64,000 nucleotides of DNA, taken from assembly GCA_963761305.1 (NCBI GenBank), contig CAVXGK010000002.1, forward strand, positions 832,001 through 896,000, written 5' to 3'. Source of the stretch: an uncultured Gemmatimonadaceae bacterium (GTDB lineage Bacteria; Gemmatimonadota; Gemmatimonadetes; Gemmatimonadales; Gemmatimonadaceae). A program made the translations under genes and the position numbers. Below, in pieces: positions 30,471 to 41,276 of the stretch; position 1 is the stretch's first letter; the number at the start of each line of letters is the position of its first letter. A model generated the notes under the pieces. It did not search any database, was not told the DNA's origin, and saw only the letters and a program-made list of their open reading frames with translations.

Positions 30471-31336
30471 GCACGATGCGCGTCGGCCGAATCCCGTACA
30501 TCAACTGCTATCCGGTCTACGGCGCTATTGATAGGGGCGTGGTGCCGCTGAACGGGGAGCTGGTCGACGGCGTGCCGACGGAGCTCAATCGACAGATGGC
30601 GGCCGGCACGCTCGACGTGAGCGTGATCTCGGCCGTCGAGTACGCGCGCGACGCGAAGCGGTACCTGCTGCTGCCCGATCTCTCGATCTGCAGCGACGGG
30701 CCGGTGCGGAGCGTCGTGCTGTTCTCCAAGCGGCCGGCGTCCGAGCTGCACGGACGGCGCGTGCTCGTCAGCCGCAGCTCGATGACCAGCGTCGCGCTGC
30801 TCGAGCTCCTGTTCAACGACGTGTGGGACGCGAAGCCCGCGTTCGTGCCGAGCGACGCCGAGTTGGCGGACATCGCCCGCTTCGGCGACGAGGAGCACGA
30901 CGCGCGGCTCGTCATCGGCGATGCGGCGCTGCACCTCTGGTCGCGGCTTCGCTCGCCGGAATCGCTGGGCGCCGACCACACGCTGGGCCAGTACCGATTC
31001 GCCTACGATCTCGGCAGCGAGTGGAAGGCGTGGACGGGACTCCCGTTCGTCTTCGCCGTATGGGTCGCGCAGCGTACCGCGGCCGTCGACCGCGCGCTGG
31101 CGATTCACGCCGGACTCATCGCGTCGCGCGACTGGGGGCTTCAGCATCTCGACGCGCTCGCTGCGCAGGCCGCGGTCGCGACGGGCGTCCTCAAACCCGT
31201 GTGCGCCGAATATCTGTCCGGGCTCGACTACGGATTGTCGTATCAGCACCTTGCTGGTCTCACCGAGTTCTTTCGGCGTCTCGTCGCGGCGGGGAAGGTG
31301 CCCGACGGGTCGCTCGCGTTTCTTCCGGCGGCCTGA
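30467..31336 (+). CDS. mqnA: Chorismate dehydratase (futalosine pathway)
   Basis: RVGRIPYINCYP, GPVRSV, SMTSVAL, LVIGDAAL, DLGSEWKAWTGLPFVFAVW. Confidence 0.92.
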   Translation: MSTMRVGRIPYINCYPVYGAIDRGVVPLNGELVDGVPTELNRQMAAGTLDVSVISAVEYARDAKRYLLLPDLSICSDGPVRSVVLFSKRPASELHGRRVLVSRSSMTSVALLELLFNDVWDAKPAFVPSDAELADIARFGDEEHDARLVIGDAALHLWSRLRSPESLGADHTLGQYRFAYDLGSEWKAWTGLPFVFAVWVAQRTAAVDRALAIHAGLIASRDWGLQHLDALAAQAAVATGVLKPVCAEYLSGLDYGLSYQHLAGLTEFFRRLVAAGKVPDGSLAFLPAA

Positions 31337-31346
31337 CACACCTGAC

Positions 31347-32393
31347 ATGCGCGACATGAAGGACGTTCTCGACTTCTACACGAACGCGTCGCTCATCGAG
31401 CTCGGCGCCGAAGCCGATCGCGTGCGGCGCGAGAAGCATCCGCACAACACCGTCACCTACATCGTCGACCGGAACATCAACTACACGAACGTGTGCGTCG
31501 CCGACTGCGGCTTCTGCGCGTTCTACCGGCGGCCGAAGCACAACGAAGGTTGGACGCTGTCGTACGAGCAGATCGGCGCCAAGATCGACGAAGCCAAGCA
31601 GATGGGCGCGATCCAGATTCTCATGCAGGGCGGGCACAACCCGTACATCCCGTTCGAGTGGTATCTGGACCTGCTCAGCTACATCAAGCGCAATCATCCA
31701 ATTCACATTCATGGGTTTTCACCGAGCGAAGTCGACTTCTTCGCCAAGACGTTCCGCATGGACGCCCGCGACGTCATCCGCGAGCTGATGAAGGCCGGGC
31801 TCGACTCGATTCCCGGCGGCGGCGGCGAGATCCTGGTGCAGCGCGTGCGCGACCTCGTCGCGAAAAAGAAGGCCGGCGCCGACCGCTGGCTCGAGATCAT
31901 GGAAATCGCGCACAACGAAGGGATGAAGACGTCGGTCACGATGATGTACGGCATCGGCGAAACGTTAGCCGAGCGCATCGAGCACCTCGAGCGCGTGCGC
32001 GAGGTGCAGGCGCGCACCGGCGGCTTCACGGCGTTCATCTGCTGGCCGCTCCAGCCCGAGAACACGCCGACGATGTCGCACATGCAAAAGACCGACGCGC
32101 TCGAGTATCTGCGCACCGTCGCCGTCGCGCGCATCGTGCTCGACAACGTGCCGAATCTGCAGGCGAGCTGGGTGACGATGGGCATGAAGATCGGGCAGAC
32201 CGCGCTCCGTTTCGGCTGCAACGACTTCGGGTCGCTGATGATCGAGGAAAACGTCGTGTCCGCGGCGAACACGACGCACCGCACGACCACGGAAGAGATC
32301 GAGCGCCTCATTCGCGACGCCGGCTTCGCCGTCGCGCGGCGACGGCAGGATTACACGATCCTGCCGCTCGAGGCCGCCGGCGCCGCCGCGTGA
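31347..32393 (+). CDS. mqnC: Cyclic dehypoxanthinyl futalosine synthase (radical SAM)
   Basis: VDRNINYTNVCVADCGFCAFYR, QILMQGG, SIPGGGGEIL, NLQASWVT, GSLMIEENVV. Confidence 0.92.
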   Translation: MRDMKDVLDFYTNASLIELGAEADRVRREKHPHNTVTYIVDRNINYTNVCVADCGFCAFYRRPKHNEGWTLSYEQIGAKIDEAKQMGAIQILMQGGHNPYIPFEWYLDLLSYIKRNHPIHIHGFSPSEVDFFAKTFRMDARDVIRELMKAGLDSIPGGGGEILVQRVRDLVAKKKAGADRWLEIMEIAHNEGMKTSVTMMYGIGETLAERIEHLERVREVQARTGGFTAFICWPLQPENTPTMSHMQKTDALEYLRTVAVARIVLDNVPNLQASWVTMGMKIGQTALRFGCNDFGSLMIEENVVSAANTTHRTTTEEIERLIRDAGFAVARRRQDYTILPLEAAGAAA

Positions 32394-32896
32394 TCGGCTC
32401 CGCGCGTCAATCGGCGCCGCGCGTCGGCATCGGCTACGACTCGCACAAGTTCGCGCCGCCGGGACCCCTCATCCTCGGCGGCGTTCCCATTCCGAGCGAC
32501 GTGCATCTCGTCGGACACTCCGACGGCGATGCGGCTGCGCACGCGATCACCGACGCGATCCTCGGCGCGGCCGCGGCGGGCGACATCGGCGAGATGTTCT
32601 CCGACCACGATCCGGGCAACGAAGGCCGCGACTCGATCGAGATGCTCCGCATCGCCGCGGAACGTGTTCGGTCGCTCGGGTGGATCGTGTATCAGGTCGA
32701 CGTCGCCATTGTCGCCGAGAAGCCGCGCATCTCGTCGCACCGTGAGTTGATGCGCGTTCGGATCGCCGCCGCGCTCGCGCTCGACGCGTCGCAGGTGAGC
32801 GTCAAAGGCAAGACCAACGAAGGCATGGGCTGGATCGGCCGCGGCGAAGGAATCGCCTGCATCGCGGTCGCCACGCTCGTGCCCGCGGCGTCGTGA
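32390..32896 (+). CDS. ispF: 2-C-methyl-D-erythritol 2,4-cyclodiphosphate synthase
   Basis: RVGIGYDSH, GHSDGDAAAHAITDAILGA, VKGKTNEGMG. Confidence 0.95.
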   Translation: MIGSARQSAPRVGIGYDSHKFAPPGPLILGGVPIPSDVHLVGHSDGDAAAHAITDAILGAAAAGDIGEMFSDHDPGNEGRDSIEMLRIAAERVRSLGWIVYQVDVAIVAEKPRISSHRELMRVRIAAALALDASQVSVKGKTNEGMGWIGRGEGIACIAVATLVPAAS

Positions 32897-32915
32897 CGGC
32901 GTGGCAGGAGCGAGC

Positions 32916-33830
32916 ATGCTGGACGAAGGCGCGATACTGCGATTTCAGCTCGACCGCTTCGGCGACTACCTGACGCTCGAGCAGGGCACTTCGCCCCGCA
33001 CGCTCGAGGCGTATCGCCGTGACACCGAGCGGCTCGTGGGCTACGTGGGGTCCAAGGGCGGCAAGTCGCCGGTGGACATCACGAGCCGCGTGCTCCGCGA
33101 GTTCGTGTATCACCTGAAGGACGTCGGCCTCTCGCCGTCGTCCATCCGTCGGAACATCTCGGCCGTCCGCACCTATTTTCGTTTCCTGATGGCCGACGGC
33201 GCCGTCACGCGCGACCCCAGCGAACGACTCGAGACGCCGAAGCGCTGGCGTACGCTGCCCGAGGTGCTCACCGTGGCCGAGATCGAGCGGTTGCTCGCGT
33301 CGCCGACGTTCGACGATCCGCTGGTGTTCCGCGATCGCGCGATGCTCGAGCTGGCGTACGGCGCCGGACTGCGCGTGTCCGAGTGGATCTCGCTCGGTAC
33401 GCGCGACCTGCTGCTCGAGGACAAGCTCGTGCGCGTGTTCGGCAAGGGGAGCAAGGAGCGCCTCGTTCCCATCGGCCGCTCGGCGATCGCCGCCGTGGCG
33501 ACCTACATCCGCGAGTTGCGTCCGCGACTCGAACAGATCGGCAAGGGCGGGAAGGGCGTGCTGTTTCTCAACGCGCGCGGCGAGCCCTTGAGCCGGATGG
33601 GTGCGTGGAAAATCCTGCGCCGGTACGTGGACCGCGCCGGAATCGAAAAGTCCGTATCGCCGCACACCTTGCGACACTCGTTCGCGACGCATCTGCTCGA
33701 GGGCGGAGCCGACCTCCGCGCCGTGCAGGAAATGCTCGGGCACGCCGACATCTCGACGACGCAGATTTACACGCACGTGGATCGGGAGTATCTAAGAAAG
33801 GTGCACCGGCAGTATCATCCACGAGCCTGA
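32916..33830 (+). CDS. xerD: Tyrosine recombinase XerD
   Basis: RDRAMLELAYGAGLRVSE, GKGSKER, SPHTLRHSFATHLL, LGHADISTTQIY, YHPR end; AGGAG RBS. Confidence 0.9.
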   Translation: MLDEGAILRFQLDRFGDYLTLEQGTSPRTLEAYRRDTERLVGYVGSKGGKSPVDITSRVLREFVYHLKDVGLSPSSIRRNISAVRTYFRFLMADGAVTRDPSERLETPKRWRTLPEVLTVAEIERLLASPTFDDPLVFRDRAMLELAYGAGLRVSEWISLGTRDLLLEDKLVRVFGKGSKERLVPIGRSAIAAVATYIRELRPRLEQIGKGGKGVLFLNARGEPLSRMGAWKILRRYVDRAGIEKSVSPHTLRHSFATHLLEGGADLRAVQEMLGHADISTTQIYTHVDREYLRKVHRQYHPRA

Positions 33831-33882
33831 GCCACGGCCACCTGATCTCGCGTCTCCGTACCCCGCTCTCCGCACTCGCCTG

Positions 33883-34458
33883 ATGGTTCTCGTCATCGAC
33901 AACTACGACTCCTTCACCTACAACCTCGTCCAGTACCTGGGCGAGCTTGGGGCGGACGTCGTCGTGCGCCGCAACGATGCCGTGAGCGTGAACGACATTG
34001 GCACGCTGGCGCCGTCGGCCATCGTGCTGTCGCCGGGTCCGTGCACGCCGAAAGAAGCCGGCGTTTCCGTTGAGGCAGTGCGGCGCTGGGGTCCGTCGAT
34101 CCCTATCCTCGGAGTCTGCCTCGGACATCAGGCGATCGGCGAAGCGTACGGCGGCGACGTGGTGCTCGCCGACCGCGTCATGCACGGCAAGACGTCGCAG
34201 ATCTGTCACAATGGAAGCGGCGTCTTCGCCGGGTTGCCGTCGCCGATGGAAGTCATGCGCTACCACTCGCTGATCGTCGATCGCGCGTCCATACCCGACT
34301 CGCTGGAGATCATCGCCGTGGCGCAGGACGATCCGTCGGAGGTGCACGCGGTCAAGCATCGCGAACATCCCGTGTACGGCGTCCAGTTCCATCCGGAATC
34401 CGTGATGACGCCACATGGCAAGGCGCTGCTCAAGAATTTCCTGGAGCTCGCGCGGTGA
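33883..34458 (+). CDS. Anthranilate/aminodeoxychorismate synthase component II (TrpG/PabA glutamine amidotransferase)
   Basis: IDNYDSFTYNL, SPGPC, GVCLGHQ, RYHSL, QFHPES. Confidence 0.95.
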   Translation: MVLVIDNYDSFTYNLVQYLGELGADVVVRRNDAVSVNDIGTLAPSAIVLSPGPCTPKEAGVSVEAVRRWGPSIPILGVCLGHQAIGEAYGGDVVLADRVMHGKTSQICHNGSGVFAGLPSPMEVMRYHSLIVDRASIPDSLEIIAVAQDDPSEVHAVKHREHPVYGVQFHPESVMTPHGKALLKNFLELAR

Positions 34459-35597
34459 TCCGCCGTGCCGCCGCGCTCGCCCTGCTCGCGTGGGGCGGGG
34501 CGGGGCGGCTCAACGCACAGACGGCGGACTCGCTGCGACCTTCCGTTGGTCTGACAGGACTCAGCGGACTCAGTATGCCGACTTACGAGCGTGTGAGCGG
34601 GCTCGGGCTCCCCGTCGGGTTCGACGTCATCGTTCCGACGCTCAAGTTCCGCGCGACGCCGCTCGTCGCGTACCGGTCGCAGATTGGGGCGGTCGACCCG
34701 AGCGTCGAGGGCAAGATCGATCTCAGGCCGCGGACGACGCTCGACTTCTCCGCCGCGCGTGGGATCTTCACCAACGACGAGTGGATTCGAAATGATCTGA
34801 TCAACAGCTTCGAGTTCCTCGCGTTTGGTCAGGATGCGCGCAACTATTCGCGTGGAACGCGAGGTGAGCTCCGGCTGAGTCACGCCTTTGGGAACGCGCT
34901 ATGGAGCGCGACGCCCGAGCTCGGCGCCCGGGTCGAGCACGTCGAGAGCGTTCGCGCCGAATCGGTGCTGGAGGGTGGTCCGTTCACCTTCCTCGGTCGA
35001 GATGATTCGTTGGCGCGCTTGCGCCCCAATCCCACGGTTCAGGGCGGCGGCATCCAGTCCGCGCTCGCCGGAATTGAAGTGGACTTGGATAGCGCGGCGA
35101 TCCCCACGCATTTCCGGTTCGGCGCCGAGATGGCACATCAGTCGTCGACCACCGACGGCACGCCCGTCTTCGACCCTTGGTTCGCCCAGTTCACGTTCGA
35201 CGGCAACGTGACGTTCCCGACGTTCGGCCGACAGACGCTGCACCTCTACGCGCACGTCGTCACGACGAGCGGCGGCGACACGCCACGCCAGCGGTGGGCC
35301 TACATCGGCGGTCCCGGCACTCTGGCGACGATCGACATGCTCTCGCTCGGCGGCGATCAAGTCGTCTACCTCGACGCACACTACGCCGTCCCGATCCGGC
35401 GCTGGTCGATCCCGTTCCTCGGTCCGCCGCTCGTCGAGCTCCGCGAAGCACTCGGCGGCGCCGACTTCCAGAGGTTTCCGTCACTCGAGCAGCTGAGCGG
35501 AGTGCGTCTCGCCGCCGGCTACTTCTACGCCGAATGGCTCGTCGACCCGCGCCGCCGGAGGTCCATCGTTTCGGCGGGCATTTCGCTCTTCCAGTAG
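34455..35597 (+). CDS. Exported hypothetical protein, probable outer-membrane beta-barrel
   Basis: signal peptide (RRAAALALLA...LNA-Q); alternating beta-strand pattern; C-terminus SAGISLFQ. Confidence 0.6.
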   Translation: MIRRAAALALLAWGGAGRLNAQTADSLRPSVGLTGLSGLSMPTYERVSGLGLPVGFDVIVPTLKFRATPLVAYRSQIGAVDPSVEGKIDLRPRTTLDFSAARGIFTNDEWIRNDLINSFEFLAFGQDARNYSRGTRGELRLSHAFGNALWSATPELGARVEHVESVRAESVLEGGPFTFLGRDDSLARLRPNPTVQGGGIQSALAGIEVDLDSAAIPTHFRFGAEMAHQSSTTDGTPVFDPWFAQFTFDGNVTFPTFGRQTLHLYAHVVTTSGGDTPRQRWAYIGGPGTLATIDMLSLGGDQVVYLDAHYAVPIRRWSIPFLGPPLVELREALGGADFQRFPSLEQLSGVRLAAGYFYAEWLVDPRRRRSIVSAGISLFQ

Positions 35598-35627
35598 TCT
35601 CGGCTGGCGAGCTCCGTAGCGGCGGCT

Positions 35628-35750
35628 GAGAAAGGTGAACGCAGATGCCGCAGATTTGAACGGCATGCCGCGGATGAAAACAAAGGGTTACCCCGTTGCA
35701 GTTCATCTGCGGCATTGCTGTCCATCTGCGGCATCTGTGTGAAGTTTCTC
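35628..35750. repeat. Nested inverted-repeat (REP/MITE-like) element
   Basis: ACGCAGATGCCGCAGAT / ATCTGCGGCATCTGTGT outer arms; GCATGCCGCGGATGAA / TTCATCTGCGGCATTGC inner arms; GAGAAA/TTTCTC ends. Confidence 0.8.
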
Positions 35751-35826
35751 TCGGCCGTTCGAGTGGCCCCCTCGGCGCACCCGAATCGGTCAAGGGGCCG
35801 CTCGACCACCACGAGTTCGAGTCGGT

Positions 35827-35855
35827 TTGCTCCGCCTCGCCGGGCCGCCTACATT
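35827..35855 (+). promoter_or_regulatory. Putative sigma70 promoter of kdsB-pyrG-kds-lpt operon
   Basis: TTGCTC-17 bp-TACATT, ~40 bp upstream of kdsB ATG. Confidence 0.5.
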
Positions 35856-35897
35856 TGGGTACGTGATCGTTGCGGCCATCCCCCCTGAGCGCCGCGC

Positions 35898-38344
<2,447 letters not shown>

Positions 38345-38345
38345 C

Positions 38346-39161
38346 GTGACGACGCACTTCCGGCGCGATGCGCTCTTCCTGATTGCCGGACCGTGCGTCC
38401 TCGAATCCGATGCCTTGAATCTGCGCGTCGGTGAACACCTCGCGCGGCTCGCCGAGCGCGTGCCGGGCGGCATCGTCTACAAGGCGAGCTTCGACAAGGC
38501 GAATCGGTCGAACGCCGGCGCGCACCGCGGACCAGGAATGCACGAAGGTCTCGCGGCGCTCGACCGCGTTCGCACAGAAACCGGACTGCCGATTCTCACC
38601 GATGTGCATCTGCCCGACCAGTGCGCGCCGGCCGCCGAGATCGCCGACGTGCTTCAGATTCCGGCGTTCCTCTGTCGGCAGACGGACTTGCTCGTCGCCG
38701 CCGGCGCCACCGGCCGCGCCGTGAACGTGAAAAAAGGCCAGTGGATGCACCCTGAAGGCATGCGCGGCGCCGTCGACAAGGTGCGTGGCAAGGCCGATTT
38801 GGTGCGCCAATCCGAGGTGGCCGTCACCGAACGCGGCTCCTTCTTCGGATACGGCGATCTGGTCGTCGACATGCGGAGTTTCGCGCGCATGCGCGCCGCG
38901 TGCGACTGTCCCGTGATCTTCGACGCGACGCACAGCGTGCAGCAGCCCGGCCGCGGGGAAGGCGGCGCCAGCGGCGGCGCGCGCGAGTTCATCCCACCGC
39001 TGGCGCTCGCCGCGGCGGCGGCCGGCGCCGACGGTCTCTTCATGGAAACGCACCCTGACCCGGACAACGCGCCGAGCGACGGGCCGAACATCATTCCGCT
39101 GAATGAGCTCGACGCGCTCATCGGGCGCGTGATCGCCGTGTGGGACCGGGCACGGCGATGA
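38346..39161 (+). CDS. kdsA: KDO-8-phosphate synthase
   Basis: IAGPCVLE, SFDKANRS, QIPAFLCRQTD, KKGQ, DATHSVQ, ETHP. Confidence 0.96.
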   Translation: MTTHFRRDALFLIAGPCVLESDALNLRVGEHLARLAERVPGGIVYKASFDKANRSNAGAHRGPGMHEGLAALDRVRTETGLPILTDVHLPDQCAPAAEIADVLQIPAFLCRQTDLLVAAGATGRAVNVKKGQWMHPEGMRGAVDKVRGKADLVRQSEVAVTERGSFFGYGDLVVDMRSFARMRAACDCPVIFDATHSVQQPGRGEGGASGGAREFIPPLALAAAAAGADGLFMETHPDPDNAPSDGPNIIPLNELDALIGRVIAVWDRARR

Positions 39162-39733
39162 TCGATCCCGTCTTCGCGCGCACGGTCAAGCTCGTCGGCT
39201 TCGATATCGACGGCGTCATGACCGACGGCGGCATCTATCTCGGCGACGTCGACGGCCGGCGGCTCGAGTTCAAGCGCTACGACATCCAGGACGGGATCGG
39301 CGTTTCGTTTCTCCACCGCGCCGGCGTGCGCGTGGCGATCGTGACCGGCCGCATCTCCGACAGCGTGCGCCATCGCGGCGCAGAGCTCAGCGTCGACGAC
39401 GTCGTGCAGGGGCCCGACGGCCACAAGCTTGCGGGCTTCCTGGAGATCATCCAGCGGCAGGGGATTCGTCCGGAGGAGTGCGCGTTCGTAGGCGACGACT
39501 TTCCCGACCTGCCGCTGCTCCGGCTCGTGGGACTTCCGGTGTGCGTCGGCAACGCCGTCCCGGAGGTTCGTCGCGAGTGCCGCGTGCACCTCGAGAGTCA
39601 TGGCGGTCGCGGCGCCGTGCGCGAGTTCTGTGAGCTTTTCCTCAAGGCACGCGGCGCCTGGGACGACGCATGGCACGGCTACGTGGCCGAGCGCTCGCTC
39701 TTTACGCCGTTGCCAACCGTGACCCAACGATGA
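39158..39733 (+). CDS. kdsC: KDO-8-phosphate phosphatase (HAD family)
   Basis: FDIDGVMTDG, VGDDFPD, GGRGAVRE. Confidence 0.92.
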   Translation: MIDPVFARTVKLVGFDIDGVMTDGGIYLGDVDGRRLEFKRYDIQDGIGVSFLHRAGVRVAIVTGRISDSVRHRGAELSVDDVVQGPDGHKLAGFLEIIQRQGIRPEECAFVGDDFPDLPLLRLVGLPVCVGNAVPEVRRECRVHLESHGGRGAVREFCELFLKARGAWDDAWHGYVAERSLFTPLPTVTQR

Positions 39734-40695
39734 ACCCCGACGAGATCGTCGAGCGCGGGCGGCGCGTGATCCGCCTCGAGCGCGACGCGTTGTCCGCGCT
39801 CGAAGGACGCATCGGCCAGGAGTTCGCAGACGCCGTGCGGCTCATCGCTGAATCGCCGGGGCGAGTGCTCGTCGCCGGGGTGGGGAAGTCGGGACTCATC
39901 GGCCACAAAATCGCCGCCACGCTCACGTCCACAGGCACGCCGGCCAGTTTCCTTCACCCGGTCGACAGCGTCCATGGTGATCTCGGCATCGTCGGCCGGA
40001 ACGACGTCGCCATCCTGATCTCCAAGAGCGGCGAGTCGGACGAGCTCCTCGGCCTGTTGAGCCATTTGCAGGCATTCGGGGTACGAACCATCGCCATCAC
40101 CGGGGACCGGACGTCGGCACTCAGCCGGAACTCGGACGTCTCGCTCGACGCGGCGGTCAGCGAAGAGGCATGTCCGCACGACCTCGCCCCGACGACGAGC
40201 ACGACGGCGGCGCTCGCCCTTGGCGATGCGCTCGCCGTCGCTTTGTTGCAGGAGAAGGGATTCAAGCGCGAGGACTTCGCTCGGCTCCATCCGGGCGGCG
40301 CCCTCGGCCGACAGCTCGTGGTTCGTGTCGAGGAGATCATGCTCCGTGAGGAACTGCCCGTGTTGCGCTCGTCGGACACGCTGAAAGAGGCAATCCCCAT
40401 GATTGCCGCCCGGCGCGGCATCGCCGTCGCCTGCGATGCCGGACGCCGCGTCGAAGGGCTGCTCACGGCGGGCGACCTGAGCCGACTCATTCAACGGGGC
40501 GACGATGTGTTGCCGACGCCAGTGCACGCGGTGATGACGCGCCAACCGAAAGTCGCTCATGTCGGCGAGCTGGCCAGCGCCGTTGCCTACCGCATGGAGC
40601 AATTCGGCATCATGGCCACGCCGGTGCTCGACGCGCAGGAACGCCTCGTCGGCGTCGTGCACCTTCACGACCTCATGCGGGCTCGCGTCGCATGA
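39730..40695 (+). CDS. kdsD: Arabinose-5-phosphate isomerase (SIS + CBS)
   Basis: GVGKSG, HGDLG, LAPTTST, HPGGALG, C-terminal CBS pair. Confidence 0.95.
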   Translation: MNPDEIVERGRRVIRLERDALSALEGRIGQEFADAVRLIAESPGRVLVAGVGKSGLIGHKIAATLTSTGTPASFLHPVDSVHGDLGIVGRNDVAILISKSGESDELLGLLSHLQAFGVRTIAITGDRTSALSRNSDVSLDAAVSEEACPHDLAPTTSTTAALALGDALAVALLQEKGFKREDFARLHPGGALGRQLVVRVEEIMLREELPVLRSSDTLKEAIPMIAARRGIAVACDAGRRVEGLLTAGDLSRLIQRGDDVLPTPVHAVMTRQPKVAHVGELASAVAYRMEQFGIMATPVLDAQERLVGVVHLHDLMRARVA

Positions 40696-41276
40696 TGCGC
40701 AGCCTGGCGTGTCTGACGTTCGCCGCGGCGGCCATCGCCGCCGGCGCCTGCACCGACACCAAGCAACCGCCCGTGACTGAGGGACGCTCGGCCGCGGACA
40801 GCGCCGATCAGGTGCTGTTCGACGCGAACATTCTTCTCACGACGAACGGAATCCAGCGCGGCGACCTGACCGCCGATACCGCGTACGTGCTCAACGAGAC
40901 GACCCGGTTCGACCTCCGGCATCCGCACGTGAAGTTCACGACCGAGACCGGCGCGCCCGAAGGCACGATGGAAGCCAAGCACGGCGTGTACAACACGCCC
41001 ACACAAATCCTCGAGGGCTGGGGCGACGTAGTGGTCAAGCTCGTCGACGGGCGCACGCTTCGTTCGCCGCACGTCGTCTACAACCAGCTCTCGCACGTCC
41101 TCACGAGCGACACGAGCTACACGATCACGAAGCCGGATGGCGACATGCAGTCCGGCGTCGGATTCACGTCGACGCAGGCCCCCGGCGCCAAGCTCTCGAC
41201 GACGAGCGGCTTCACGTCGTTCCGATGCATGCGCGAGTGCAAGAGCAGCTCGTCGGTCCAGCTGCCCGAGCGATGA
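40692..41276 (+). CDS. lptC: LPS export protein LptC-like (lipoprotein signal)
   Basis: position between kdsD and lptA/lptB; beta-jellyroll pattern (LTADTAY, GDVVV); AAGA-C lipobox. Confidence 0.75.
   Translation: MMRSLACLTFAAAAIAAGACTDTKQPPVTEGRSAADSADQVLFDANILLTTNGIQRGDLTADTAYVLNETTRFDLRHPHVKFTTETGAPEGTMEAKHGVYNTPTQILEGWGDVVVKLVDGRTLRSPHVVYNQLSHVLTSDTSYTITKPDGDMQSGVGFTSTQAPGAKLSTTSGFTSFRCMRECKSSSSVQLPER

Noticed and set aside
32916..33830. Tyrosine recombinase as a phage or island integrase
   Set aside because: Length and motifs fit housekeeping XerD, it is embedded among core genes, and no att repeats or cargo were seen.
35628..35750. CRISPR array
   Set aside because: The repeats are inverted, few and lack regular unique spacers; no cas genes are present.
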